Shown piece by piece: positions 12,001 to 24,000 of a stretch of DNA of 56,129 nt. Origin of the DNA: Malacoraja senta (Eukaryota); the NCBI GenBank assembly GCA_038087875.1, contig JAXLNO010000320.1, positions 310,001-366,129 on the forward strand, in the 5' to 3' direction. The position numbers and the translations under genes are program-made. Under the pieces are notes generated by a model. That model made no database searches. It worked only from the letters and a program-made list of their open reading frames with translations, and had not been told where the DNA came from. Numbering within the stretch: the stretch's first letter is position 1; each line of letters begins with the position of its first letter.

Positions 12001-15000
12001 TTCAGTGCTCCCCAGATGTGCCCTCTCATAGCTCAGTGCTCCATCAGTGGTGTAGTTATTGGCCCAGTGCTCCCCAGATGTGCTGTTTGCTGGCCCAGTG
12101 CTCCCCAAATGTGCTGTCTGATGATTTCTTGTCTGCTGATGTCTAAACCTCAGAGCCCTGACAGTACCTCACAGTTTTGGCACAACATATCCTGTGGTTC
12201 CCACATTTTCAACAACACCAGCTTCTCACCTTGACTCGGGGAACTTTGAAATTCACGTACTCCAAGGAATTGCTCCCCAAACACAAGGCTCGTGTGATCT
12301 CCACCTCCCTCACATTGCATACAGTCTTAGGTAGGAAGCAGAGTCCCTGGAAAGAAACAGATAAAGGTGGACACAAGAGTTTGGTACCCCCTGGATGAGT
12401 ATGGTAAAGACTTGGTCAGCTGTCCATGTAAAGCCCCAGAGAAAGTTTAGTAATATTACACCTACCTTGTGCGGATTAGCAGAATTGTAACTGCTGCACT
12501 GAAGGAAATAGGGATCTTCTGACTGTACCTCAAAGACGTGGACCCTAGTATCACCCTGTGAGGATGCAGCAGCATTAGTGTCAAAGGAAGAGGCAACACA
12601 GTGAACATCACCAGTATCCCGCAACACAAGGACCCAGGGGCACCCACAATTACCACTCAGACAGGTATCTGTCGTTCAGTAGTCAATAGACAATAGATGC
12701 AGGAGCAGGCCAATTGGCCCTTCAAGCCAGCACCGCCATTCACTGTGATCATGCTGATCATCCACAATCAGTACCCCGTTCCTGCCTTCTCCCCGAATCC
12801 CTTGACTCCGCTATCTTTAAGAGCTCTATCTAACTATCTCTTGAAAGCATCCAGAGAATTGGCCTCCACTGCCTTCTGAGACAGATAATTCCACAGATTC
12901 ATAACTCTCTGTTAAGCAGGCTGGGAAGCAGAGGCCAGAGTGGGAGATGGGTAAGGCAGAGTGGTAAAGGGAGAGGCCCAAGAGGGAGCAGGACAGAGAG
13001 AGGAGCAGGGAGAGTCATACAGTCCCCTTCTCCACACCCACCAAGATGCCATCTACGATCCCAACCTCTTGCTGCGTAAAAATATGTTTTCCTCACATCA
13101 CCTTTGGATACACTGGTCCCAATCTTCCAGAAATTGCTCACAGCACCACACACCCTCCAGGAACTGACCTTGCCGGTGAGATAGAGAGTGTTGGTGTCTT
13201 CATCATAGAAGGGAATGAGAGTGGACGGGGCTAAGTTCAAGTCAAATGTTGCTATTGGTCCCAATGACAATGAGCCCACTTTGTAGAGGTAGATCTGTCG
13301 TTCACTGCGGCTGCAACACAGAGAGCACTGAGCATCAGGGCAACACAGAGAGCACTGAGCATCAGGCCAAGCCCTCAGCCCTCCTGGATCCACACACATC
13401 ATCCGTACTTACGTCCGGGGGGATCAGCCTCACAGAGCATTGAGCATCAGGCCAAGCCCACAGCTCTCCTGGATCCACACACATCCTCACAGAGCATTGA
13501 GCATCAGGCCAAGCCCACAGCCCTCCTGGATCCACACACATCCTCACAGAGCACTGAGCATCAGGCCAAGCCCTCAGCCGTCCTGGATCCACACACATCC
13601 GTACTTACGTCCGGGTGGATCAGTTTCTAGGGCCCATTACACTTAGGAGCACACAGCATAAGAAACAGGCCCTTCGACCCTACTCGTCCATGCTGACCAA
13701 GAAGCCCATTGTAAGATAGTCCCATTTGCCTGCTNNNNNNNNNNNNNNNNNNNNNNNNNNNNNNNNNNNNNNNNNNNNNNNNNNNNNNNNNNNNNNNNNN
13801 NNNNNNNNNNNNNNNNNNNNNNNNNNNNNNNNNNNNNNNNNNNNNNNNNNNNNNNNNNNNNNNNNNNNNNNNNNNNNNNNNNNNNNNNNNNNNNNNNNNN
13901 NNNNNNNNNNNNNNNNNNNNNNNNNNNNNNNNNNNNNNNNNNNNNNNNNNNNNNNNNNNNNNNNNNNNNNNNNNNNNNNNNNNNNNNNNNNNNNNNNNNN
14001 NNNNNNNNNNNNNNNNNNNNNNNNNNNNNNNNNNNNNNNNNNNNNNNNNNNNNNNNNNNNNNNNNNNNNNNNNNNNNNNNNNNNNNNNNNNNNNNNNNNN
14101 NNNNNNNNNNNNNNNNNNNNNNNNNNNNNNNNNNNNNNNNNNNNNNNNNNNNNNNNNNNNTGCCTGATGTTACTTGTGCTCACCTGCTGAAGCCAGATAC
14201 CAGTAGATAATGCCCCTGCCTCACCCACAAAATCCGTGCCCCTCGACTGCCGGCTGGACCTGGTCCCTTCCTGTAAAAACCCAAGCAGGGCTGGAATCAG
14301 CACCTATTCAGACACTGCCCGACTCCATTGGCTGCAGCGGGTGCGAAGAGGGGAAATATTGCAACGTACGAGCTGAAGAAACGACAGAACGTCACCTGAA
14401 GTGGATCGACGGAGCGCCGAGGATCATACACTCGAACCTGGCCATCTTTACTGACTGTTGCCAGATGTTGTCCGTCGTGGCTCCACGACAAGCTGAAGAT
14501 CTGGAAGAGAATAGATAGATGTGAGCTGGGAGGAGAAAGGGGGGCGTGTACGCATGAAGTAGGAGAGAAGTCAGCAGCACGTGACCAAGAAAGATGGCGA
14601 AAGAGCAAGAGAATGGAAGATGGGAGAAGAAGTGGTGAGTGTGTGAGAAAGCAAGAAGGAGATTATGAGGACAGGAACTTTCAAGTCAAGTGAGTGCAGT
14701 GAGGGACAGGTACAACGTAAATTCTGCTTGCAGCAGTATTGCAGGACTCAGATAACACATACACCAATAAATTATACATAAATCGCAAGTAAAATTTCCA
14801 AAAGAAGAATGTGCAAAAAACACGATCTTAGTGTAAAAACATAATTTGTTAAAATACCAAGTCCTAGAAATACAAGAAGAACACCAAGAAGACTTTCCAG
14901 GGGTCAGCAATAAGGCTTGCGGCTCCAGCCCGAGTGCCTGGAGATTGCATATTTCCTGCTCCCTTTCAATTCACTGGATTCAGTGCAAAATTTATTCTTT

Positions 15001-18000
15001 GATAGATAAAAATGTGAAATAAGAGAGGGCTTGTATATTAGCAGGAGCAATATCCAATAGTCCGTGAAGCCCGCTACTGATGTTTACAGTGTGCTGATTA
15101 CCAGAGTTTTTCTGTACCTGGTCAGTGTGCCCCTTCAGTATGATCTCTTCTTTCCCTGAGCTGAGGTTCCAGATTTTCACAGACATGTCATATGAGGAAG
15201 AAGCTAAGATATCAGAGGCCAGTGGGTGGAATCTGATGGAATAGATTTTTTCTGAGTGACCTGTAAAGAAAGGAAAACGGATTAGTCAACACATGGGTAC
15301 GTGGCATCAACTCTCAAAGCACCCCTCTACCCATCACTATGTACAAATAACACAAATGATGATTTCTGTTCCCACAATAACATTCAGTAAAACTAGGGCC
15401 ACCAGATGACCGTCGCCTGTCTTTCAGCAAAAACTCACCCTGGAGAATGGTCTCTGGATTGGAGAGCATATCTGTCAACCCTCCGGCCGGTACCCTCCAG
15501 ATTCGGATCTTTGCATCTTCACCAGCTGAAACCAAACAGTCAAACATACCCAGAAAGTCAGGAAAATCCCAGCCTCGTGGAATCTTACAGCAAAGAAATC
15601 CCATTGTGCCTGTGCATCTGAAGGAGCTCTCCTATCACCCACTGCCCTGCCCTTTCCCCACAGCCCTCTGACATTTTCTACATTCAGAGAATCTGCCTCC
15701 ACTGCCCTCTCAGGAAGCACGTTGCATCTCAGATCAACTCCTTTCACCAAATGAAAGTCACCTCTTCTTTATTTCCATTGATGTTCTCTGGTTACTGATC
15801 CTCCTGCTACTGATTACATTCACAGGTTAACCTATCCACTAGGTTACTAGGAGATAACCACTGATGACTGGGAGATAACCACTGTAGGTGGTGGAGTGGG
15901 AGTGAAAGTCTTGGGCTGGGGGACAAGGGCTAGAAATGACAACAGGAACATTTAGAGGCAGGAGAAACAAGGCTCGTCAGCCTCTACACAATTTAATAAA
16001 ATTGTGGCTGATCCACTCATGCCTCGACATCACTCTCTCCACAGACCACTGACCCTGTAGTTGAAAGGTCCGTCAATCTCTTCAATCCTCTCCGCATCCA
16101 CCTTGCCGATCCTCCTCAAGAGCTTATGTGGTTCATTAAGATCAGCTCTCGCTCTTCTCAAATGTCCTTCGGCCCAACCTGGTCAAGATCTTTTCATACA
16201 TCAACCCCCATCACCTCAGCAGTCAGCCCTCTCTCCCCTAGCTCCAGTGCAAGCACATCCTTCTATGGGGACAACATCTGCAAGCTAACACCTTGTGCAC
16301 CTGCACCCCAAGTCCTGTTTCAGTGGAACATTTTACAACATTGCCTCCCCAATAAAGGACCTGCCCAGGGAGATCGGACGCTGAAGTGTCAGTACCAACT
16401 GCGAGGCGCTGGCAATCGAAGGGATCCCAACAGAGGTCGGCAACGGCTGCAGTGTTCTGGATAGTGAGCAGTGAGGAATCCGGTAACCGGCCGGGCTTTG
16501 ACAGCTACAGGAGAAAAGGAGAATGAATCAAAGATCTATCAAGAACTTGGAGAGACAAGGAACTGCAGATGCTGTAATCTTGAGAAAACCACACAGTGCT
16601 GGAGTAACGCTGCAGGTGAGGCAGCAGCGCTGGAAAACATAGAGTCTGAAGAAGGGTCCTGATCCAAAACATCACCTATCCATATTCTCCAGAGATGCTG
16701 CCTGACCCACTGAGTTACTCCAGCACTTTGTGTTCTACAACATTCTGGGGTACCGTCCTGCCATTCCTTTTTTCAAACCAATTTTACGATTTGTTTAATA
16801 TTCTTTGATAATTTATTGGATTCACTTTGCCTTCATAAACTCTTCACACTCTCTCTTTTCACGTACCGCTTGCTGTCTCCTTCTCAGTTGCCTGAGCAGC
16901 AATTTTTCAGCAGATGATATGTCATGAACAATGAGTACAGAATGAAGCTGACATGAAGACATAGAATCTGATGAAGGGACCTGACCCGAAACGTCGCCTA
17001 TCCATGTTCTCCAGAGATGCTGCCTGACCCGCTGAGTTACTCCAGCAATTTGTGTCTATCTTCAGAATAACGCTCTCTGCGCTGAACCATCTTGTACTCT
17101 TAAAGCAGGGGTGGCACAATGTGGGTTGAGAATAAGGCTTTCTCTACACTGGCTCGTCACAGACTCCCAGGGCAGGGACAACACAGTAAGTAAAGATTTT
17201 GAGTAGAGCTCCCCCTGCACTGCCCCCTGCCACACTCCCAGGGCAAGGACAGTGCAGTTTAGATGGAGAGTAAAGCTCCCACTGCTGCTCTCCCATTGGT
17301 GCTCTTCTTTCTACCTGACTTGTCCCCTACGTAGGGACCTAGCTAGGTACATCCACTCTCGTGTCATTGACAGGAACAGAGGTTGGGGCCACCCTGGAAA
17401 GAGTACAGAGAATATTTAAGAGGATTTTTCCCAGTCTCAAGGGCCTGAGCGATTGGATTGAGAGAGGCTGGACAGGTTTGGACTTTATTCCTTGGAGCAC
17501 GAGGCTGAGGGGTGATCTTACAGAGGTGCATAAGATTATGAGGGGAATACATAGGGTGAATGCAGACTTTGGCTCCAGGATAGGGGAATGAAGAATCAGA
17601 GGACATAAGTTTAAGGTGAGGGGGGAAAGATTTATTAGAAACCTGAAGGGCAATTTTGTCTCACAGAGGGTGGTGGGTGGGTGGGAAGAGCTGCCAGGGG
17701 AGGTAGTTGAGGCAGGTACAATAACAACATTTGGACAGTTACATGGATAGGAAAGGTTTAGAGGGATGTCCAAACGTTGGGTAAGTGGGACTAGTGTAGA
17801 TGGGGCATCTTCGTTAGCATGGACGAGTTGGGCCAAAGGGCCTGTTTCTGTGCTGTATGTAATTATGACTAAGTGATCACCTCCAGCACAGCGATCTGTC
17901 CTCCTGATACCGACAGTGGAACGGCAGCTCGCTCACGATTCACGCAGAAGCCATCAGACTCGCCAGGGGTGGTCAGATTCAGTCCCTTCAGGTTGGTGAT

Positions 18001-21000
18001 GTGTGTGTCCCGGTGTGACACCAACCCCTGAATGTGTCTGAACTTTGAGTTGGTGCCTGAAGGGTGAAATGAAGAAGCAGATGTTCACAGAAATGGCAAC
18101 CCAAAGTGGAAACATCACTGTTGGGCCCACACCAAACAGCCCTACGAATACAGGCAAGGTCAGGAAACATCTGTAGGTCCCTGACTCCACACTGCTTTTG
18201 GCAAGATTGTGGCTGAGCCTTCCTGCTCTGTCCCCACATCCACTGATAACCTCGGGGTCTAAAAATAGATCAATGTCAGCATATACTGTATACACCCACA
18301 GGCCTCTGGAGAAGAGAATCTCAAATAGACATGTGAAGGAATATCTTTTTCCCAGTCTCTGTGCCTAATATGGTGCCTGATCCCTAGTTCACAACTATCT
18401 AGCCAAGATAAGCAGTCTCTCAGCATCGACTCACTCACGTTTCACTGAAAGCATCTCTCATTCTTCCAAACTCTCGTGAAGATAAGCCCATCCTATCACT
18501 GCACAGTTCCCTTATCTCAGGGTCAACTGAGTAAATTATCAACTGAGTAAAAGATCCTGCTCATACCACCTGAGATGTAATCCCGCAGAACACTACCGCA
18601 CAGGAACAGGCCCTTTGGCCCACATGATGCCATGTTAAAATAATTCATTCTGCTTGCACTGACCCACATCTTCCATCGCCCGCCGGGGGGTTCAATATCG
18701 GGAGCCTCGATCGCCTCGACGCAACAATTTGACTGCCTGACCGCGGGAGAAGAAGCAAGGAAGAGATAAGAACTTTTTTACCTTCCATCACAGTGAGGAA
18801 GTGCCTGGAGGAGAGTCACTGTGATGGATGTTTATGTTAAATGTATGTAATTGTGTGTAGTTTGCTTTTTATTGTTATGACTATATGGTGACAACATTTT
18901 GTTCACATTTTTTTCAATTCAATCCCTCCATTTCCAGCAAATTCATGTGCCTATTTAAAAGCTTAAATGCCACATTATCGATGCCTCCACGAGCACCCCT
19001 GCTAGTGCAACACCTCACATTCACTTGACCCCTCTTGCACGCCTACCTCCTTGCATTAAAAGCCTCATTAATACACCATCTGATTTATCAACCGATCCCC
19101 TGGCCCTTTGCACAAAGCCTCTCCACTTTCCATCAGCATCAGGTACTGGACTCATCCCAAGTCACCCAGAACAACGGCATTTTCTCGGTTCTCCTTTCAA
19201 CTCACCCAGGAAGTTGTGCAGAGACTTCTGGCTCTGAGGGTTGTGACAGAATCGCTGGACTTTGTGCTGCTCAGGGAGGTGACGGACGGCGAGGTCAGCG
19301 AGCCATTGGAACTTGATGATGATATCTGTCCACTGTGAACCTGGAACTCACACAGCCGCGAGGAGAGATCAGAACTCACAGAGGAACAGCCAGTAACCCT
19401 CCCCCCAGCGGTGCTGAGCAGAATTGGGAATCTGGCTGCACGGTTACATTGCCAGCACTGATGGTTCACATCTTTTCCCCTTCTCTCTTTAACCTCCTCC
19501 TCCCAGCCACCCTTTAAATCTCTGCCTACTCTTGTTCGGGCTTCCTGCCTTTCTCGGTTCAAACAGTCCACTGGTGGCAGCCCGGGCTCTGAATGTTTCT
19601 GCTTAAACCACTCCTTCCTGTTTGATGTTCCCTAACACTATTAGTTTATTTGTGTAGAGATACAGCGCAGAAACAGGCCCACGCCCACGGCCCGCCGAGT
19701 TATTTTTTTACATTTATATCAAGCCAATTAACCTACAAACCTGTACGTCTTTAGAGCGTGGGAGGAAACCGAAGATCTCAGAGAAAACCCATGCAGGTCA
19801 CGGGGAGAACCTACAATACAGACATCTCCATACAGATAAGCACCCGTAGTCAGGATCGAACCCGGATCTCTGGCGCTGCACGGCAGTAGCTCTTCGGCTG
19901 CGGCACTGAGTCGCCCTGACCAAGTAGTTGGTCACTAATTCTATTACCCCTTTGTCATGTGGCAAAGAGTAAATTATTTTTAGATTGTTCCCTTGCTAGC
20001 TTAACGTTTAGTTTTAGAGATACAGCGTGGAAACGGAATCCTTCGGCCCACCGAGTCCACGCCGACCAGCAATCACCCGTACAATGGTTCAATTTTACAC
20101 ACTAGGGACAGTTTACAGAAACCAATTAACTTACAAATCTGCACGTCTTTTGAGGAAACCGGAGCACCTGGACGAAACCCACGCAGTCACAGGGAGAATG
20201 CACAAACCCAGAACAGACAGCACCTGTAGTCAGGATTAAACCTGGATCTATGTCGCTATACAGCAGCAACTCTACCGTTGCGCCATTGTGCCGTGCTGTA
20301 CTGAAGGCATTATATGAATACACAGGGAGGTGGCGGTTGTAAGGATGTGGCTGATGCACAGGGTTTTTCCAATGAGGTCTAACCGGGGTCTGTACAAGCT
20401 CTGGGCTCTCTGGAACACATGGCCTTCTTACACTCACCTGTTCTGGAGCCTCATATACCTGAACATGTAGCCCCCTTGCTCATCCAGACCCTCGCATTGG
20501 CTGCCCTGCCTAAACCATACTCAGTCGTTCAGTGTAAGGAGTGTGGATGAGAAGGTAGGATTTCAGAACTAGCATGTCCGGGTGATCGATGACTCGAAGG
20601 GCCTGTTTCCATGCTGTACCATTCAATCAATGAAATTATTCCCGTCGACGGGAACGCTGCTTACTGTGTCTCCAGCTCCCCAAGACTCTTCTTCCTTTTC
20701 TCCGCCTCCCTTGGCAGCCTGTGACCTTGGTGGTGTGGCTGTCTCCAGGGTGGGAGGCAGGGCGCCGGAGGTGAAGCCCTGCCTGTTGCCTTTGCCTGGC
20801 GCTAGACTTACCCTCGGCACCTACAGGGATAAAAGCAAGAGGTACACCCATCAGGAAGCCCCATAGTCCAACATACCCCAGTGACACAGGGAAGCAGGCA
20901 AGACACTGAGCTGGGCAGAGCCCAGGGAGCGGCACAACTCTCTGGTGTGGGGGAGAAGTGAGACCCCAGGGGAGGGGAAACAGTCTGCAGGGGCGAGTGA

Positions 21001-24000
21001 CCCCAAGGGACAGGGTGTCTCTGAGGGAAAGGGTAAACCTGAGATACATGGGGGGGGGCGACCTTGAGGAAGAGCCCACGTTCACCGGTGATCCCAGGCG
21101 TGGATGGTCCTGAGAGTGATTGACTAACAGCTGTGAGCTCATAGTGACAGGAAGTGTCCCTGTGAGAGTGACCAGTGAGACCCAAAGTGAGTGACCAGAG
21201 TGAGAGGCCAGAGTGAGAGATCAGAGTGAGACCCAGAGAAAGCCCCAAGAGTGAGAGATCAGAGCGAGTAAGCCAGGGAAATGATCTATGACACCAGGTG
21301 ACAGCCATCACTTGACCCTGGTGGGACCTGCACTGACCTGTTTGTTGGATCCGTTGAACCAGTCCAGTGCAGACATTGCCGGAACTTTTCCCGGAGTGTC
21401 TGGGAATAAATCGGCATGGAATTCCTGGAGAGACTAGGAGAACAGGGAAAAGCAGAGTTACAGCAGTGGCGGCTGCTGGAAAAGGAACACGTTTCTTCTG
21501 CTGAACAGCTGCTGCCTCTACGGCCGGTCCTGCATTGATGAATTGTAGGCCAGAGGATCCTATCGAAGGTGGTTACTGATCACTGCTGAGCAGGCACGTG
21601 CCGTCAGGGTAGGCAAGATAGGCACTGCCTACCCTGACTAAAATTATAAAATGGTAATTATTAAATATATATAGTAAAGGCATGGGAGAATAATGCCTAC
21701 CTAAGAGATCGATCTCTTAGGTAGGCATAATTCTCCGTGCCTTTCATCCGCAGTACATGTAACACGCAAAGGTCTGTGCATCCCACGTGCCGTCGATGCT
21801 GCTTCAAGCCGTCAATTTAACAGGGGACTGAAGGCAGCTGAAATTCTGCCTTTGCAGTACTGCGCATGCGCAGCGCAAGTTTCTTGGCAGGTTTTTCAAA
21901 CATGGATTGCCATTATCTTAAGAAACAAAGAGAGAAGAATGGAGTTTGTGTACAAATGATGTGGTAAGTAAATTTCTTGGTGCTATATGTTTTTAAATAC
22001 CGTATTTCCCAGCAATGAAGACGCTATTTTTTACCCAAAAATAAGGCACGAAAATTTACATGTGTCTTGGAAGCCGAAGTTGGAAGGTTGTTAGCCAAGA
22101 AAGATAGACTAGGCTATCCCTCAGTACAGCAACATCAAGAATGATGTTGTTGTACTGAGGGATAGCCAAGTCTATCCCTCGTTGCTAGCAGCTGATGGGA
22201 AGCGGTTGTAAAAGGACAGCGCCGCTGGGAAGGGGAGAGTTCCTTTCATAGCGTGTGGGGAGTCTGGCCCGGGGTAAAATTGCGGGGAGGGCAGGAGCGT
22301 TGAGAAGGAGGGGGTCGGGGATCATGCCAGCAACTCACTTGCCGCGACGCTCCGGGCTCAGAGCCACCGCATTGTGGCCGGGGGGAGAAGTGGCTCGGGT
22401 GCCTGCAAGCGGCCGCCAGGACCACCTCAGCTCCTTCTGCCGGCCCCCGCTCACCTCTGGCAGTGCTCTCTGTCTGAAAACCTCTCTCCTGCCGCTCGCC
22501 GGCCTCACTCATGTCAGTCGCTTCCCTCAAATCCTTAAATTCCGACAGCGTGATCAAGGGACCAATTGAGGTTATTCGGCTGTCGGAATTTAAGGATTTG
22601 CGGGAAGCGGCTGACAAGAGCGAAGCTGGTGAGCGGCAGGTGAGAGATGTTCAGACGGAGAGCACTGCCAGAGGTGAGTGGGCCGGCAGAAGGCGCGGAG
22701 GTGGCGTCCAGTTCCGCTGTCCGGTCCCGAGGCCGCTCTCAGCCACCCGAGCTGCTTCCCTCCCCGGCCACAATGCGGTGGCTCATCGCCCGGAGCGCCG
22801 CGACAGCGGTGAGTGAGTGAGTTACTGGCATGATCCCCGACCCCCTCCTTCTCAATGCACCTGCCCTCCCCGCAACTTTACCCCTGGTCAGACTCTCCGC
22901 ACGCTGTGAAAGGAACTCTCCCCCCAATTGGTTCCTTGAACAAGTATTGTCATTCAATAAGATCACAACTGATTCAACTTGTCCCGGTGTGCTCCCGTTT
23001 TTCCCACCATCTCTCCACCTGTCATCACCCTCCACCCCCCACCCATTTAGTAATTCAGAATGAAGGAGATTTGGAAGCCTTGGGCAAATTGCTTTCTTTC
23101 TTTTTATTTTTTTGAGCGTGAGAAGTTCTACGTCCCACCAGCCTTTTTTCAAAATTTAGCAACTCAAAATGGGGGTGAGTTTTCATTGCCGGGAAATACG
23201 GTACTTTATTAAGAGTTTTGGCTTTTGAAGACTTTATAAAAATCGACTGACAGCTTACGGAGAGAACAATCTGCGAATGCGCGGTTTAAGATTTTTTTTA
23301 AAGCCGACTGACTGCCTACCCTGAGTAATTACTCACGGCACGTGCCTGCTGCTGAGTTACTATGGCTGTAGGTCTGATCGTGGGTTGCTCGGGTGAGTGG
23401 GGCGGATTTTGGGGTGAGGAAGTGTGTGGGGCCATCACTGGGTGCATGTCTGATTGTAGCAGTGTTCATTGATAGAATGGGCTCTGGTCATGGAGATACA
23501 TCGGTGGAGAGGGGATGGGGAACGCTCGTGGAGATATTTTGGTTGTTGGAATTTCTTAGAGTCCGGGTTGGAGGAAGTGGAAAGTGATTTGGTACTTCTG
23601 CTGGATGATGGACCGTACAAGCTCAGGAGAGGCCACAGTCAACATGGGAAACATCAACAGGACCTTTAGCGAGTGAGATAAGATAGTCCTGTAACTATTG
23701 AGAGTTAGGCAATGAAACGCAATTAGCTAATTGAAATTGTTTGGGGGAATGGGATGAAGTGGAAGTGAACGATAGGAGGAGAAAATGTCACTGGGTCTGA
23801 GATGGTGTCCACATGGAGGATGTTGGGATATTTAAAGGCGCTGGGGTCTGCCTCTGATGGCTGACGAGCGGCGGTATGCAGGGCCAGGGCGGGAGTTACC
23901 TTGCGCGGCACTCTGTAGCTGATGGGCACAATGGAATTCTCAGTCAGCTGAAGCAGGCGGATCACTTCACACGACATCACGTCCAGCGCGAATTTGGGCA

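Larger units (their letters stand above)
21591..23348. mobile_element. Non-autonomous hAT-type DNA transposon
   Basis: Perfect 8-bp TSD CTGCTGAG (21583-90, 23349-56); TIR CAGGCACGTGCCGT...ACGGCACGTGCCTG; subterminal TGCCTACC repeats. Confidence 0.9.

Noticed and set aside
13680-14303. 207-aa and 154-aa ORFs
   Set aside because: Mostly N; only 14184-14270 is a real exon.
19655-20290. tRNA-like A/B boxes
   Set aside because: SINE heads, not cloverleaf-forming tRNA genes.
22246-23152. Mirror-image ORFs on both strands
   Set aside because: A consequence of the palindrome; no transposase motifs.
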